Shown here piece by piece: positions 1 through 12,884 of a stretch of 64,000 nt of DNA (positions within the stretch are counted from its first letter, which is position 1; every line of letters begins with the position of its first letter). Under the pieces are notes generated by a model. The model saw nothing but the letters and a program-made list of their open reading frames with translations. It did not search any database and was not told the DNA's origin. This stretch comes from Octopus bimaculoides (lineage: Eukaryota): the NCBI RefSeq assembly GCF_001194135.2, contig NC_068984.1, forward strand, positions 20,312,759 through 20,376,758, written 5' to 3'. Made by a program: the position numbers and the translations under genes.

Positions 1-197
1 CTTCATGCTTAAAGACAAAACAGTATTCTCATTGTGTTAAATGCATTTCTTCATTTCTGTATTAAAAATATTTAAAATTCAGTTTAAAATGAAATACAAT
101 AAAACATATTGAATACATCTAAAATATATTCTCATTTTTACTTCAGCTCATTTCACTGCATTTTTATTTAATTCAATATTTTACTCTCTTAACATAC

Positions 198-282
198 CTT
201 TTTAACTCTGCCCCCACTTGGAACAGATATACGCAATATTTCCAGCGGCAGGTATCGCTTTGTTGTTATAGTTTCCAAAAGA
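198..282 (-). CDS. CFAP70: CFAP70 coding exon 8
   Basis: ttttggcag|TCTTTTG...AAG|gtatgt; LLETITTKRYLPLEILRISVPSGGRVKK. Confidence 0.85.
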
Positions 283-3200
283 CTGCCAAAAGAGAGATAT
301 GAGAGATTTTAAGGGATTTTCCCATTCAAAAGGATAAGAAATTAGAAAAAAATAAACCAGACGTAACAATAATCTTTTTACTCGAGGCACAAGGCCTGAA
401 ATTTTTGGGGAGGGAGTCAGTCAATTAGATCAACCCCAATATGCAACTGGTACTTAATTTATCAACCCTGAAAGGATGAAAGGCAAAGTTGACCTTGGTG
501 GAATTTGTGGACACAGAACGTAAAGACAGACGAAATACTACCAAGCATTTTGCCCGGTGTGCTAACATCTCTGGCAGCTCACCATCTTAAAACAGCTCAT
601 AACAATAATCTTTTCTACTCTAGGCACAAGGCCTGCAATTTTTAGGGAAGGGGCCAGTCGAATAGATCGACCCCAGTATGCAACTGATACTTAATTTATC
701 GACCCCGAAAGGATGAAAGGCAAAGTCAACCTCAGCAGAATTTGAACTCAGATCATAACGGCAGACAAAATACCACTAAGCATTTCGCCTGACATGCTAA
801 TGTTTCTGCCACCTCACTGCCTTCAGACAACAATAATAGACAAGGAAAAGTGAAGTTGCTTACAAAATTTTTGTGTAGCAAATAATTCCAGTAACTGAAT
901 ACTTAGATATCCTTTATAGAGAATTTAAAGAGGCACATACATGTGTCACAAAGAAATCAAAATCACATATATTTATATATATATATATATATATATTATC
1001 ATCATCGTTTAACGTCCGCTTTCCATGCTAGTATGGGTTGGACGATTTTGACTGAGGACTGGTGAAACCGGATGGCAACACCAGGCTCCAATCTGATTTG
1101 GTAGAGTTTCTACAGCTGGATGCCCTTCCTAACGCCAACCACTCAGAGAGTGTAATGGGTACATTTTACGTGTCACCCGCACGAAGGCCAGTCAGGTACT
1201 GGCAACGGCCACGCTCAAAATGGTCTATTTTATGTGCCACCCGCACAAGAGCCAGTCCAGGGGCACTGGCAACGATCTCGCTCGAAAAATATATNNNNNN
1301 NNNNNNNNNNNNNNNNNNNNNNNNNNNNNNNNNNNNNNNNNNNNNNNNNNNNNNNNNNNNNNNNNNNNNNNNNNNNNNNNNNNNNNNNNNNNNNNNNNNN
1401 NNNNNNNNNNNNNNNNNNNNNNNNNNNNNNNNNNNNNNTATATATATCCCTCTCTCTCTTTCGGAGAGAGGCACAAGCACATGCACAGACATATACACAC
1501 GGCAGTAACTTCTGCCTACCAAATTCAATCGCAAAGCTTCAGTCGGCTCGGGGCTATAGTAGAAGACACTTGCCCAAGGTGCCACACGGTGGGACTGAAC
1601 CGAAACCATGTAACTGGGAAGCAAGCTTCCTAACCACACAGCCATGCCCGCGCCTATATATATTCAGTCAGACCTATTCATATTATCAACTTCTATTATT
1701 GTTTCAAGTAATTTTGTAAAACGTACTGTTTTGACCCAGTTTGATGGAGAAAACACCTTCGTTCCATGTTCCAAATAAATTTTGGTCTTTCCAATTCTGA
1801 ATGTTTTCTGTATTCTCTGTTTTCCTTTGATCGAAAGTCTCCATCTTCATTATCTTTTGGATCACTGAAGAGGTAACTAAAACGAAAAATAATATATTAT
1901 TAATTAGAATAATGATATCCATAAAAGCATGCATGTATTCTAGATATCTACTGCTTCTAGAATCTATATTCTTTTTATATATTTATAACAGAAAGGGAAA
2001 TATTTGTAATACATTGCATAGAAAAGAAAATGTTGACAACATTTAGTGATTTACTTTTTACCTTTTTTTTTACTTGTTTCAGTTATTAGACTGTGGCCAT
2101 GCTGGGGCACTGCCTTGAAGAATTTTTAGTTGAATGAATTGACCCCAGTGCTTATTTTTTTTGTTAAACCAGGTACTTATTCTATTGGTCTCTTTTGCTG
2201 AACTACTAAGTTATGGGGATACAAACACACCAACAGCAGTTGTCAAGTGGTGGTGGTGGATAAACACAGTCACAAACAGACACACACACACACACACACA
2301 CACAAATACACACACACACACACACACACACATGATGGGCTTTTTTAGCTTCCATCCACCAAATCCAGTCACAAGGCTTTGGTCACCCTAAGGCTATAGA
2401 AGACACTTGCCCAAGGTGTCATGCAGTGGGACTGAACCTGGAACCATGTGGTTGGAAAGCAAGCTTCTTTATTTCATTAAAATTGGTCATAAAGGCCTCA
2501 TGCAGAGAAAAAGGAAGCAAACTTCTTACCACACAGCCACACCTACACCTATGTTCAGAATGTTGTAGCAATTCTAGATGGTCGTTGAGTTGAAATGATT
2601 TACCTGTTTGGAATGTACACAGCATTTCCAACAGCTGGAAGAGGATTGACCCATTTCTTCTGTTTACATAATGGCTCTTTATCAGCTGGACTTCGGTGTT
2701 GGGTTCCAACAAACACAAGAATGTTTTCTTTCTGAATGAAATCAAAAATATTAATTTTGCAACATTGCATTTTTAAAAATTCTATTTCCAAACTTTTATG
2801 TAGATTTAACAATTTCTAATTCTACTATTGGAGAATGTTTTTCAAGCTTCTGTTTATGGAAGCAGTACAGGTGTGGCATGAGGTGTTAAACTTGCTTGTG
2901 AATGATATCTAGATACTAAAGTTAGGAATTAAGAGTGTCATCATCTGCATAGAAGTGAAAGTTGTTGGAGATGATGACAAATAGATCGTTGGTGTGCAGG
3001 AAGAATAGTATGGAGAACAAAACTAATCTTCTGGGCACATTAGAATTAATATAGTGTGGGTCAGAGAGAACCTTATTAGCACATATTGCAATGGTGAAAT
3101 TTAACAAGAAAGCTTTAGTCCAAGAAACAAGAGATAGTTGGTTCCTATAGATAGGCAATTTTTGTTTGAAGATTGACAAACTAGACATGATTGGAAGCGT

Positions 3201-5065
3201 GAAAGGTTCAAGGTGTTGAAGAGGTTGATTTTTAGGCTGATCTATCACCTTAAAGATACTGGAAATGAGGTGGGCAGGTCTGCTAGTAGATTTGTAGGCT
3301 AATTTTATTATCACAGTTGAAGTGCTTTGCTGTCAAGGTCAGCAACACTTTTCACCAAATATCTCAAGGGTAAGAGTCCATTAATGAACGATGTAGGAGA
3401 GTAGCACTCCAGCAGATCTGGCTTTATGGAAGATGCACTGATAGTCACTAAGGAGGAAGTGTGATTAAAGGTGTCAGAAAAAAATTGTTGTTAGTGACTC
3501 CCCATCATCTTTGAAATATTAAGAGCGGAGTAATAGGTCAGTAGTTGATGGAGTCAGAGAGGCTGCACTTTTGGGGATGTGTATGTGCGTGTGCACACGC
3601 ACATGCATGTGTATATCATGGTGTTGACCAGACTATCAGATGTTATATGCACCACAAGTCACAATACACTTTGCATTGTTTTAGCTTTTGAATGATGCTA
3701 CCCCGCTGGGTAAGCAAGCGTGTCAACATTCCCTCTGATCAGAAGACTATTCTCTCACAGGGTTACTCATTTACAGCTGAGTGGACTGAAGCAATGGGAA
3801 ATGAAGTGCAAATATATTTATTTCACATGTACAAATATCATAGATAATAAAGTCTTACATTATTGATAATAGGTACTGACATAGCTGCTGTCAGAACATG
3901 ATTTTGTAGAACTAAAGTTTCTGGTGGTGAGTTAAGAGATTCAATTGTTATGGTCATGATATTGTAACCAGCAACTTCTTCTCTATCCAGAAGGGATTTT
4001 GATATTGATATACAGACATCAATTTCAGGCTGAAAATAAGGAAAAAATAAATAAAATAATTTAGTCTATTTTCTTCTTACAGTGTTTTTAAAGATTTATT
4101 TTGTATATTTAAGAACTAGCCTGGTGTAGCCATCTGGTTTCACCAGTCCTCAGTCAAATCGTCCAACCCATGCTAGCATGGAAAGCGGACTGGTGAAACC
4201 AGATGGCTACACCAGGCTAGTTCTTAAATATACAAAATAAATCTTTCCATGCTAGCATGGAAAGCAGACGTTAAACGACGATGATGATGATGATGATGAC
4301 AGTTAGTTAGATATGAGACTATGGGTGATGAGTCCAAATCTGAAGATGGAGTTTTGCTATATTTCTGGGCAGAACACTTTACATTTATTTTTAAGTTCAC
4401 TTAACTGTTGATAATAACAATAGGTATCAGTAGCATGGGAATGCTATCTCTGATACTCAGGTATCCTACCCAGTAGAAGTTTTATCTCACATCATCACTC
4501 TGCAACTGCAACTAAAGGCTGGCACAAGCACATAAACTGCTTTTTTTGTTTTTGGTGTATAAGAGATTTTATTAGGCCATTGTCACAAGGACAAGGCAGA
4601 TGCAACTTACAATAACTCTAACTGGGAAGTGTAACCAGACCACAAAAATGGCTCATGAAAAGGAAACATGGAAAAAAAGCAATCTCTTCATGAGAGTTAT
4701 TGTAGTTATTGTTGTTTAACTTTAAGCCAATCCTGATTATAGAATCAGGATTGTTTTCACTGATGGTGGTAGAGTATTAAGTATCTGCATACTTATGATC
4801 TTAGAGGGTGTCTTTTTACTTTTACGTGTTTCAATCATTAGACTGTGGCCTTGCTGGTCACCAACCACCTTGGAAGGTTTTAATCAAACAAATTGATCTG
4901 AGTACTTATTTTCTTTTTGAAATCCAGTGCTGCTTCTATCCATCTCTTTTGTTGAACTACTAAATTACAGGGATGTAAACAGACTAACAATGGTTGCCAA
5001 GTGGCAAGGGTACAGACAAACAGAAAGACACACTCACATGCACATATACAAGTATATATATCTAT

Positions 5066-5098
<33 letters not shown>

Positions 5099-5492
5099 CA
5101 ATAGGCTTCTTTCAGTTTCCATGTACCAAATCCACTCACAAGGCTTTAGGTGGTCCAGGGCTACAGTAGAAGACATTTGCTCAAGGTACCATGCAATGAG
5201 ACTGAACCTGAAACCATGTGGCTTGAAAGCAAACTTCTTACCACACAGCCACACCTGCCCCTATATGTATTTTCTTTTAACCATATAACTAATGAAAAGG
5301 GTCACCATTAAGAGAAACTTATTATTTCAAAGATTGTTTTTTTTTTTGTACATACCTTTGGAACATCTGGTAAGAAACTTTCCAACACTGAGCCAGGAAT
5401 CGATACTAATTCTATAGTTGTTTCATGGTTTGTTTCTCCTGAAAAAAGAAAACTCAGTCAAAATTTGGTCAAAACTGCTGCTGCTGCTGCTT

Positions 5493-5584
<92 letters not shown>

Positions 5585-8500
5585 TAATAACAACAATAAT
5601 AATAATAAAAATATTCAGACAAATACATAACAAAAACACCAGGACTTACAAATATATATAACATACAGAAAATTGCACTACTGGCACTGCACATATCCTA
5701 CGCAAAACACTTTCTATACAGTAACCATAAGAGCACCACAGCAAACCACAGCACATACCCAAGGCACACAGAGCTGTGCTCAGTAGTGAAGTGAAAGCAC
5801 GCTATAAAAATAAAACTACTGAATAATAATAATAATAACACCAATATATCATCATCATCGTTTAACGTCCGCTTTCCATGCTAGCATGGGTTGGACGATT
5901 TGACTGAGGACCGGTGAAACCGGATGGCAACACCAGGCTCCAATCTGATTTGGCAGAGTTTCTACAGCTGGATGCCCTTCCTAACGCCAACCACTCTGAG
6001 AGTGTAGTGGGTATTTTTACGTGCCACCGGCACGAAGGCCAGTCAGGCGGTACTGGCAACGGCCACGCTCAAAATGATGTATTTATGTGCCACCTGCACA
6101 GGAGCCAGTCCAGCGGCACTATCACTTAACATCTGTCTTCCATGCTGGCATGGGTTGGACAGTTTGTTAGGAGCTGGCAAGTCAGAGAACTGCATCAAAT
6201 TCCACTGTCTGTTTTGCCATGGTTTTATAGCTGGATGCCCTTCCTAATGGCAACCACTTTACAGAGTGGCTTAGATGCTTTTTACCCATTGTATAAGAGG
6301 GGAAACTGCTAATACTATCAGTCAGTATATCTGGTTAAAGCCAGCCACACCAACTTACCTTTGATGATAGGTAAAAGATCAACTGTGCATTGGCCAATAG
6401 TAATTGTTTTCTCCTCGTCTTTTTTCTTTTTGTCCTTAGTGATCATTTTAATAAATGTAACTGAAATTAATAAATGAAGTCTATTTTAGAAATACAGAAA
6501 ATATCTGAAATATTTTGATGACAGGTTATTATGTGGCAAGGGAAGAATCATTAGGACATCAGACAGAATGCTCAAAAAAAAAAAAAATTAATTATGTAGT
6601 TAGGTGGAAAGGTAAACCTGTTAAGACCTGGCAGAGAACTGTGGTGAGGATGACTTGCAAGATAAGGGTTAGGTCTGGGAGCAAGTTTGTGACAGGGCCT
6701 GGGAATGTGCTGGATGGTCTCTTGCCACCCCACAGAAAGTAGGAGGGTCTAAAACTAAGTTGTAGTAAGTTGATAAGATATTTCATAATTCTTTCTAATT
6801 TTGTCACAAGGCCAGTAAAAAGTGACAAGTTGATTAGACTGACTCCAGTACCTGACTGCTGTTTATTTTATTTACCCTGAAAGGATGAACAGTAAAGTTA
6901 ACCTTGATGGGATTTGAACTCAGAAAGTAAAGAGCCAGAATGACTGTCACTAAGCATTTTTTTCTTGCATACTAACAATTCTGCCAGCTTATCACCTTAA
7001 GTTATTTCATAATAATGGTTTCACATTTTGGTGCAATGTCAGCAATTTTGTGGGAAGTGGGTAAGTTGATTACATTGACTTTAGTGCTCAGTTGGTACTT
7101 ATTTTATCAACTCCAAAAGGATGAAGGGCAAAGTTGACCTCAGCAGAATTTGAACTTTTAATATGTAAACCTTCTTGTAAAGAAATGGTTCTATAAATTA
7201 TTTAAAGTAAAAGATAATTAAATTCTAATACTCAGTAAGTACAAAGCAACATCATCATTCAACATCTGTTCTCCATGTTAGCATGGGTTGGATAGTTTAA
7301 TAGGAGGTGACCAGCTGGAGAGCTGCCTGGGACCCATTTGTCTGTTTTGGCATGGTTTCTATGGCTGGATGTTTTTATATGGAATCAGTATGGGTGCTTT
7401 TCTGTAATGCTGGCACAGGCACCCTTTACATGGTACTTTTAAATGGTACTGGCACAGGTGCTTTTATGTGGCACCAGCACCACAAGCCTGAAAAGGGTCA
7501 TAGACATTGTCCTTCCTCCTGACTATGCAATATAAAAATTTCTCAAGATTAGTCAAATGGCCTTCTAGATGATATTGATTCTGTTTTTTCTTTTCTTGAC
7601 TTAAAAAAAAAAAGCCAACTAAAAAACTATAACAAAAATACCAAATCCTTTGGTTTGTTACTTACTCACGACGGGTCTATATGCATATTCATCTATGGCA
7701 TATGCATCACTGCATGGACAAAGTAAAGAGAAACTATAGTTAAATTCTATATCAGATTCATTGGAACAATCAAATTTATTAGCTTCTCCAAATGTCTTTT
7801 CACAATAATTGGCTTTGATCATGATATGTCCCAGAAATTCACCTTTGTTTCCTCTCTGCATGGAAAAAAAGCAAGAAAAATAATCAACTAAAAAAAAACA
7901 TTAAATGATAAACAATAAATTATGCGAGAAAAGGCAGAATGACATAATTCTTATGAACCTTTCTGTTGAAATAGAACAAAGAGTGTAAACTAATGGGATA
8001 TATCTGGATCTCACTATTTCTTAATTACTATAGACACAGGCATGGCTGTGTGGTAAGAAGATTGGTATTTACATGCTAGCAATTAAAGAAAATTCTCCTC
8101 TAGCTGTATAAACATAACTTTCACTTTCTCAGCAATTTATGCTTTCTGAGTACAGGAAGTGTTAATAGGAGCACAGATCTCATCACAGACCTGAGTGACA
8201 AATATGTAGTGCATGAGTTAACAAGGAAAGCTCTGTGGAGTTACTCAATAGCAGCCAAAAGTCCTTTGAACCACACTCTACCATTTTAGGAAAGGTCACA
8301 CTAAACAATGAAGTCCCAGTTACACTCTGCCTAAGTAAAAGAGATGATGACTGGAATGTCTTTGATCATAAGCCTGCTCATTCTAGGATGACATGGGGTA
8401 AAGGACAACTTTAAAATGGTCTTAAACCATCAGTGTTAGAAATGATTGATTTGTTCAATAGGTTTAGTATGACAATCAGAAAGGAAAGAATAATTTGAGG

Positions 8501-10687
8501 ATGAAGCAGTTTTATTATTCACTCCAGCTGGTTATCTTATACAAATTATGAAATGATATGAGTTTAACAATCAGCTAAGAAAATAATTGTCAACTGCACT
8601 AAGTCTCTGCAGTTCAGACCCAGAATCTATAACACCAACCACATGGAGACTATTTTATAGCAAGATGGACTGGGCCATTATGTATTATGTGTTTTTGCTG
8701 GGGCCATAGTACATCACCATACAAGATACAAACCCATGATCTTTCAGCCTGTAGGCTTGCACTAAGATTACTCCATCAATTGCAATTCTCATAAGATGTA
8801 TGCAAGGATGTAATAAATGATTTCCTAATTAAATATGGTGAAAGATTAGCATGGTAACTAAAGTACCATAAACTATGGTATATACATCTCAGTTTCATAC
8901 TTTTTGAACCAAAACAATCAACTGCTGAGATATATCATTACTCCTTTATCTAAACTATTATATAAGACAAATATATTGCATATTAAAAATTGAGATATCT
9001 TAATATATATTTAATATTTTAATATTTAACCAGAAGAAATTAATGTGTTACCATATTAACAATGGTGTGAATCGAAAGTTGGATGAATGGGAAGGGTAGT
9101 TGTTTGTTTTGAATTCTTCATCTGTTTATTGTTAAAAGCTTGGATTGGACATGATCATCCAAAGAAGATTAACAGAATAGCATCAGAAAGTTCTATGTAG
9201 AGTTGTAGCATGTGAGTTAAAAAAACAAAGCAAGAATGTTCCTATGAAAGTGGCAAGTATGTCTAGTGTTAATGTAGGTAGGTTTTTTTTTTTTTACAAC
9301 ACAGCATTTTGACAGTCATAACTGTGGAACCCCTACTAAATGTAAAAATTTGCTGACGTTATGCTTTGCTGCTCACATAACTAAGCTCCTGATTCTCACA
9401 GTCTTCTTGTCCCTGTAAATCTCTTTTAAAATGCTCCAGAACATATCTGACTCAACAGATCTGTGGTGACATCATCACTTGCAAATCTGAGAGATGTTTA
9501 GATATAATTTCATTTACCAAATTTTTGCTGACACTATTATTCAATTGTCCAAAACTCGGTTGTAGATTACAAAGATTTTTCTGATTGAAAACAAGCGTAG
9601 TGTTCAAATCAATAAACAGAGCTGCAGAGAGTATTTTATTTCAATAAATATTAACAATTTACATTGCCTATGTTTATGTAAATGAGACACAGCATGACTG
9701 GCGTGTAGAATGGCTTACATAAATGGTCAAGGAATTGAATCAGTTTGCAGAATACATCTCACATTGTAGCCTTTTGCTAGTCCAAAGCCTAAACATGATT
9801 TTTCTGCTTCTACAAGCCAGCAGTAGTAGTGGCACCATTTATTTTCTTACCTCAAAATACAATGCTAATCACCATCATCGTCGTCATCATCTTTTAACGT
9901 TCACTTTCCATGCTGGCATGGGTTAGACAATTTAACTGGAACTGGCAAACTGCACCATGTTCCAGTCTGATCTGGCATGGTTTCTATGACTGGATGCCCT
10001 TCCTTATGTCAATCATTCCAAGAGTGTGTCTTTTTTGCGTATAACGGGTGTGGGTGCCATTTACATGACATCAGTAATGGCCACGACTATGATTTCACGG
10101 ATGCCATTTACATGACTCTGGCAATGTTCATGGCTATGGTTTCACTTGGTTTGACAAGTCCTCTAGCACAGCATATGCCTAAGGTCTCAGCCACCTGTCA
10201 TCACCTCTGTGAGGCCCAACATTCAAAGATCATAACTCACCAACTTGTCCCTTGCCTCTGAAAATCCCAATGGGAATATTAATGCTAAAATCCAGACAAT
10301 TTGAACTGTGATTACACTTATTGAAGAGATTAAGGATTTCTAATACTGGTACAAGGTATCAACTTTCAGAGGAGGAAATCTAATCAGCACAAATATTTGT
10401 TTCATACTTATTTTACTGACTCCAAGAATATGATAGGCAAAATTGAATGGGAATGGAACTCAGAATATAACTAAATACTTTGAAGTATTTTATCTGTTGT
10501 TCTATCATCAATATTGATGAGAATAATTATACCGTAGGAAATTAAAATTGACCAAAATAAAAATACCAGGGCAGATGAAATATGCGAAAATATTTGGATG
10601 ACTTACAAAATTTCTGCCTCTCAAGAGAGTAACTGTTATTGTTTCTACATCTAGATTTAAGGCTGGAGTCTCGTCTTTAGCAGACAT
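198..10687 (-). CDS. CFAP70: Cilia- and flagella-associated protein 70 (TTC18), 5' part; coding exons 10607-10687, 7666-7855, 6359-6460, 5356-5438, 3859-4029, 2604-2731, 1727-1876, 198-282; continues beyond the window's left edge
   Basis: Eight GT-AG exons with compatible phases splice into 330 open codons (MSAKDETPALNLDVETITVTLLRGRNF|RGNKGEF...AYRPVV|ITFIKM...EEKTITIGQCTVDLLPIIKG|...KEPLCKQKKW...FIWNMERRCFL...RYLPLEILRISVP). This aligns by eye with human CFAP70 N-terminus (ITVTEGYDL-KGFKG, HKPVFLT, EEKTLILGQAVVDLLPLLEG, EPVPRPKKW, IIWDLESRCYL, LWPVEITRV). Confidence 0.88.
365..825 (-). mobile_element. Two tandem tRNA-derived SINEs with a Meta-like central domain
   Basis: Reverse complement of aaggyggygagctggcagaa...gttcaaattc...gtcgactttgcctttcatcctttcggggtcgataaattaagtacc, recurring across the window. 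Confidence 0.8.
997..1294 (-). mobile_element. Young 5'-truncated RTE LINE 3' end
   Basis: Nearly identical to copies at 5846-6125, 16112-16385 and 45023-45420; (GAT)n tail. Confidence 0.8.
1727..1876 (-). CDS. CFAP70: CFAP70 coding exon 7
   Basis: ttttag|TTACC...AAACA|gtacgt; YLFSDPKDNEDGDF...KFIWNMERRCFLHQ (a different frame from the ORF-track entry). Confidence 0.85.
2065..2545 (-). mobile_element. tRNA-derived CORE-type SINE with (CA)n-containing 3' part; similar copies at about 1495-1655, 4820-5265, 37305-37465, 43320-43610, 45990-46180, 50930-51210 (-) and 37585-37720, 51880-52200 (+)
   Basis: Reverse complement contains ggctgtgtggtaagaag...ggttcagtcccactgc...accttgggcaagtgtcttcta (A/B boxes plus CORE-like accttgggcaag). 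Confidence 0.78.
2604..2731 (-). CDS. CFAP70: CFAP70 coding exon 6
   Basis: ttcag|AAAGAA...AACAG|gtaaat; KENILVFVGTQHRSPADKEPLCKQKKWVNP. Confidence 0.87.
2830..3590 (-). mobile_element. Decayed CR1/L2-group LINE reverse transcriptase fragment
   Basis: Translation gives PKK...NYxPI, WTKAFL, NSNVPRRLVL (GVPQGSVL-like) and TNDL...HFYADDDTL (YADD). Confidence 0.75.
3859..4029 (-). CDS. CFAP70: CFAP70 coding exon 5
   Basis: ttttcag|CCTGAA...AAT|gtaaga; PEIDVCISISKSLLDREEVAGYNIMTITIESLNSPPE. Confidence 0.85.
5356..5438 (-). CDS. CFAP70: CFAP70 coding exon 4
   Basis: ttttcag|GAGAA...AAG|gtatgt; ETNHETTIELVSIPGSVLESFLPDVPK. Confidence 0.85.
5475..5609. repeat. Compound trinucleotide microsatellite (CTG)n-(CTA)n-(ATA)n
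   Basis: Directly visible. Confidence 0.95.
5846..6270 (-). mobile_element. RTE LINE 3' end (young) followed by a second older tail copy
   Basis: catcatcatcgtttaacgtccgctttccatgctagcatggg... tail. Confidence 0.8.
6359..6460 (-). CDS. CFAP70: CFAP70 coding exon 3
   Basis: tttcag|TTACA...AAAG|gtaagt; TFIKMITKDKKKKDEEKTITIGQCTVDLLPIIK. Confidence 0.88.
6780..7160 (-). mobile_element. Two diverged Meta-type SINE copies
   Basis: aaaggatgaa..gcaaagttgacct...gaatttgaactcag motifs. Confidence 0.7.
7666..7855 (-). CDS. CFAP70: CFAP70 coding exon 2
   Basis: polypyrimidine-cag|AGAGGAAAC...GTGA|gtaagt; RGNKGEFLGH...DEYAYRPVV. Confidence 0.88.
10607..10687 (-). CDS. CFAP70: CFAP70 first coding exon (27 codons); acceptor at 10710-10711 implies an upstream non-coding exon
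   Basis: ttttcag acceptor, 22-nt UTR, ATG at 10687, ends TTT|gtaagt. Confidence 0.8.
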
Positions 10688-12437
10688 CTTGTAATCACTG
10701 AATTAGCAACTGAAAAATAATTTTCAATAAGAATGAGCAACCATGCAGCTAAATTTAATAATAAAGCCATCACACGCATGCAAGCATATACACACAAAAT
10801 TCATCCAGTCAAAGTTGACAGAGAATTTGTAGTTTTGGTTTACTTGCCATCATGAAATTAATGACAGTGTGCCAATGACAAGTAGGCCAAAGCTTTGAAG
10901 TCATTGTGAAAAGAAATTATGGTACACCACTGAAAAGTGTTGAGTAATCGTTCAGTTTAATGTGAACTGTTTTTACATATAACCTTACATAAAAGCAAAC
11001 ATCATCATCAAACTGTCCAACCCATACCAGCATAGACGAGGTGCTTTTCTGTTTTACCTACATTAATGAGGTCACTATGCAGTTTACAGGAGTATGAACC
11101 CTGAGTGGGAGGTAGGGTGGTCAGCTTCATATTAGGGGACAAGGGGATTATTGTGAGGATGGAGGCAGAGTAGGTTCCTGCAGTGGGATCTGCATGGCTA
11201 CTCATAACTTGTAGGGGAAAATGTAGAGAAAGAGATAATGATCAGTAGGAGCAAGACAGAAATAATGGTGATAAGATACCCTGGTATCCTCACAAGTACA
11301 TATACACATACATACATACATATACATGTGTGTATCTCATATACCTGATATATAAATATGTGATCTACACAGATACATGATGTATATATGTACCTATACA
11401 TATGTACATGCATGTGCACACACACACACACACACAAAGACAAGTTAAATCGAGAGTTCAACCATTTAATGAGCTTTAATGAGCTGTTTTTTTTTTTCTT
11501 TTTTCTTTTTTTTGCGATACAGGTTACTCCTTGTTTCACCCGGCTGCAGCTATTATCTGGGCAAGCCTCACAATTTTACTCAACAAACAAGTTCCCCTCC
11601 TATTTCAGGAGTTGAAATCAGTAAGGTCATGCTTTTCAAACACAAACGTAATCCCTTCTAAAAATGAGGCCAAACAATGCCAAAAAAAAAAAAAGAAACA
11701 GCAACTAGTTTGGAACAATTTTTTTTATGTGAATCACTACCAACAAAAATTATATTTTCTGCATAAGGATGGCTGCCAAATGCTGGCGCAGCTATAGTTC
11801 CAAAAGATAATGATACACTTGACAAATTTAGAGATTCACAAAAGGTACAAGACCGTCAAATCTACGGACTTGCGTCTCTTTACCGTTTCTATCCTACATG
11901 AGGCCAGAGGGGGCCCTGACCGGCGATTGCACAATATGCGCTGAAACTGTCCACCACACTTGGCTCCTACAACAGATATTTTGCGTATTGTAGCTGTCTA
12001 CCAAAAGCAGTAGGGCCAATACCTCGTTGATAGCTGCGATGGTTGTTTCAGCATATTTCAGTTGTAATTGTTTGTGGAAATGTTATCAGTGTTTTAGGCT
12101 TGTTTCAATCATAACTAGTTTTACCATATTAAGTAAATAAACACTTGTTGGTTGCATTTTGTGTCGACAAAACGAAACTAATTCTGACATACAGGATAAA
12201 TAAGGTGGTAGAAGAATTTCACCAAGATATAAAAAGGGTAACATATACTTGTGGAAAGTTTTGACTGTCATTCTGTGAACAAACATCGTTAATGCACAAT
12301 GGTTAGACACACAGAAACACACATATGTATATACACATACGCACGCAATAAAAATAAGTTTCTTACTTTTTTTATATTTTGTTTTCTGTAATTGAATCAC
12401 AGCACCTTATGGCAATGTATGTCAGTGCGTTTCTCTT

Positions 12438-12450
12438 GTCTCCTAGCAAC
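12438..12450. promoter_or_regulatory. RFX X-box-like motif in the CFAP70/THAP bidirectional promoter region
   Basis: GTCTCCTAGCAAC, one mismatch to GTNRCC-N-RGYAAC, upstream of a motile-cilia gene in a CpG-containing stretch. Confidence 0.5.
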
Positions 12451-12713
12451 GCGTTCTAAGCGCCGTCTCGAAATATTACAGAGTTGTCTAACTTGACAGT
12501 TGGCACCGTCTGGAGCCATCTTTGTTATATGATAGCTATTTGTCTTTTACTTACAGCTGATAACTTAATTTTCAGTTTTTTCTTCCTTAATGTAATCTCC
12601 CGTTACTTTCACATCTATTTGCGAAAAGGGGGAAAAAAATTACAAACACCAAACCCTGAGTAGCAATTAATTTTCCCCCAAAGAAATATAATAAAATAAC
12701 AAAAACAACAAAA

Positions 12714-12884
12714 ATGGTGGGTTGTTCGGCTCCAAACTGTTCCAACAGAGCTGCAAAAGGTGGTTATAAAATGAAGCGGTTTCCTGCAGACCCTGCCATT
12801 AGACAGATTTGGATAAATAATGTTAAACGAGCAGATTGGAATTGGAACCCACCGGCAAATTTTCGAAACTGTAGACTTTGTGAG
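12714..12884 (+). CDS. THAP gene exon 1 (N-terminal 57 aa of the THAP domain)
   Basis: M-x2-C-x4-C...FP...W...CE then GT donor. Confidence 0.9.

Noticed and set aside
1062-1719. Several long ORFs spanning N-runs (also 15571-16309, 17178-17576, 26605-27492, 48637-49484)
   Set aside because: Length comes from Ns; real bases are RTE/SINE sequence, except the NXF1 exon 2 tail.
5418-5694. Poly-L/I/N and poly-Y/L/V ORFs
   Set aside because: Translations of the compound trinucleotide microsatellite.
11520-12330. CpG-containing stretch with short ORFs between CFAP70 and THAP
   Set aside because: No recognisable product; likely CFAP70 intron 1 / promoter-proximal sequence.
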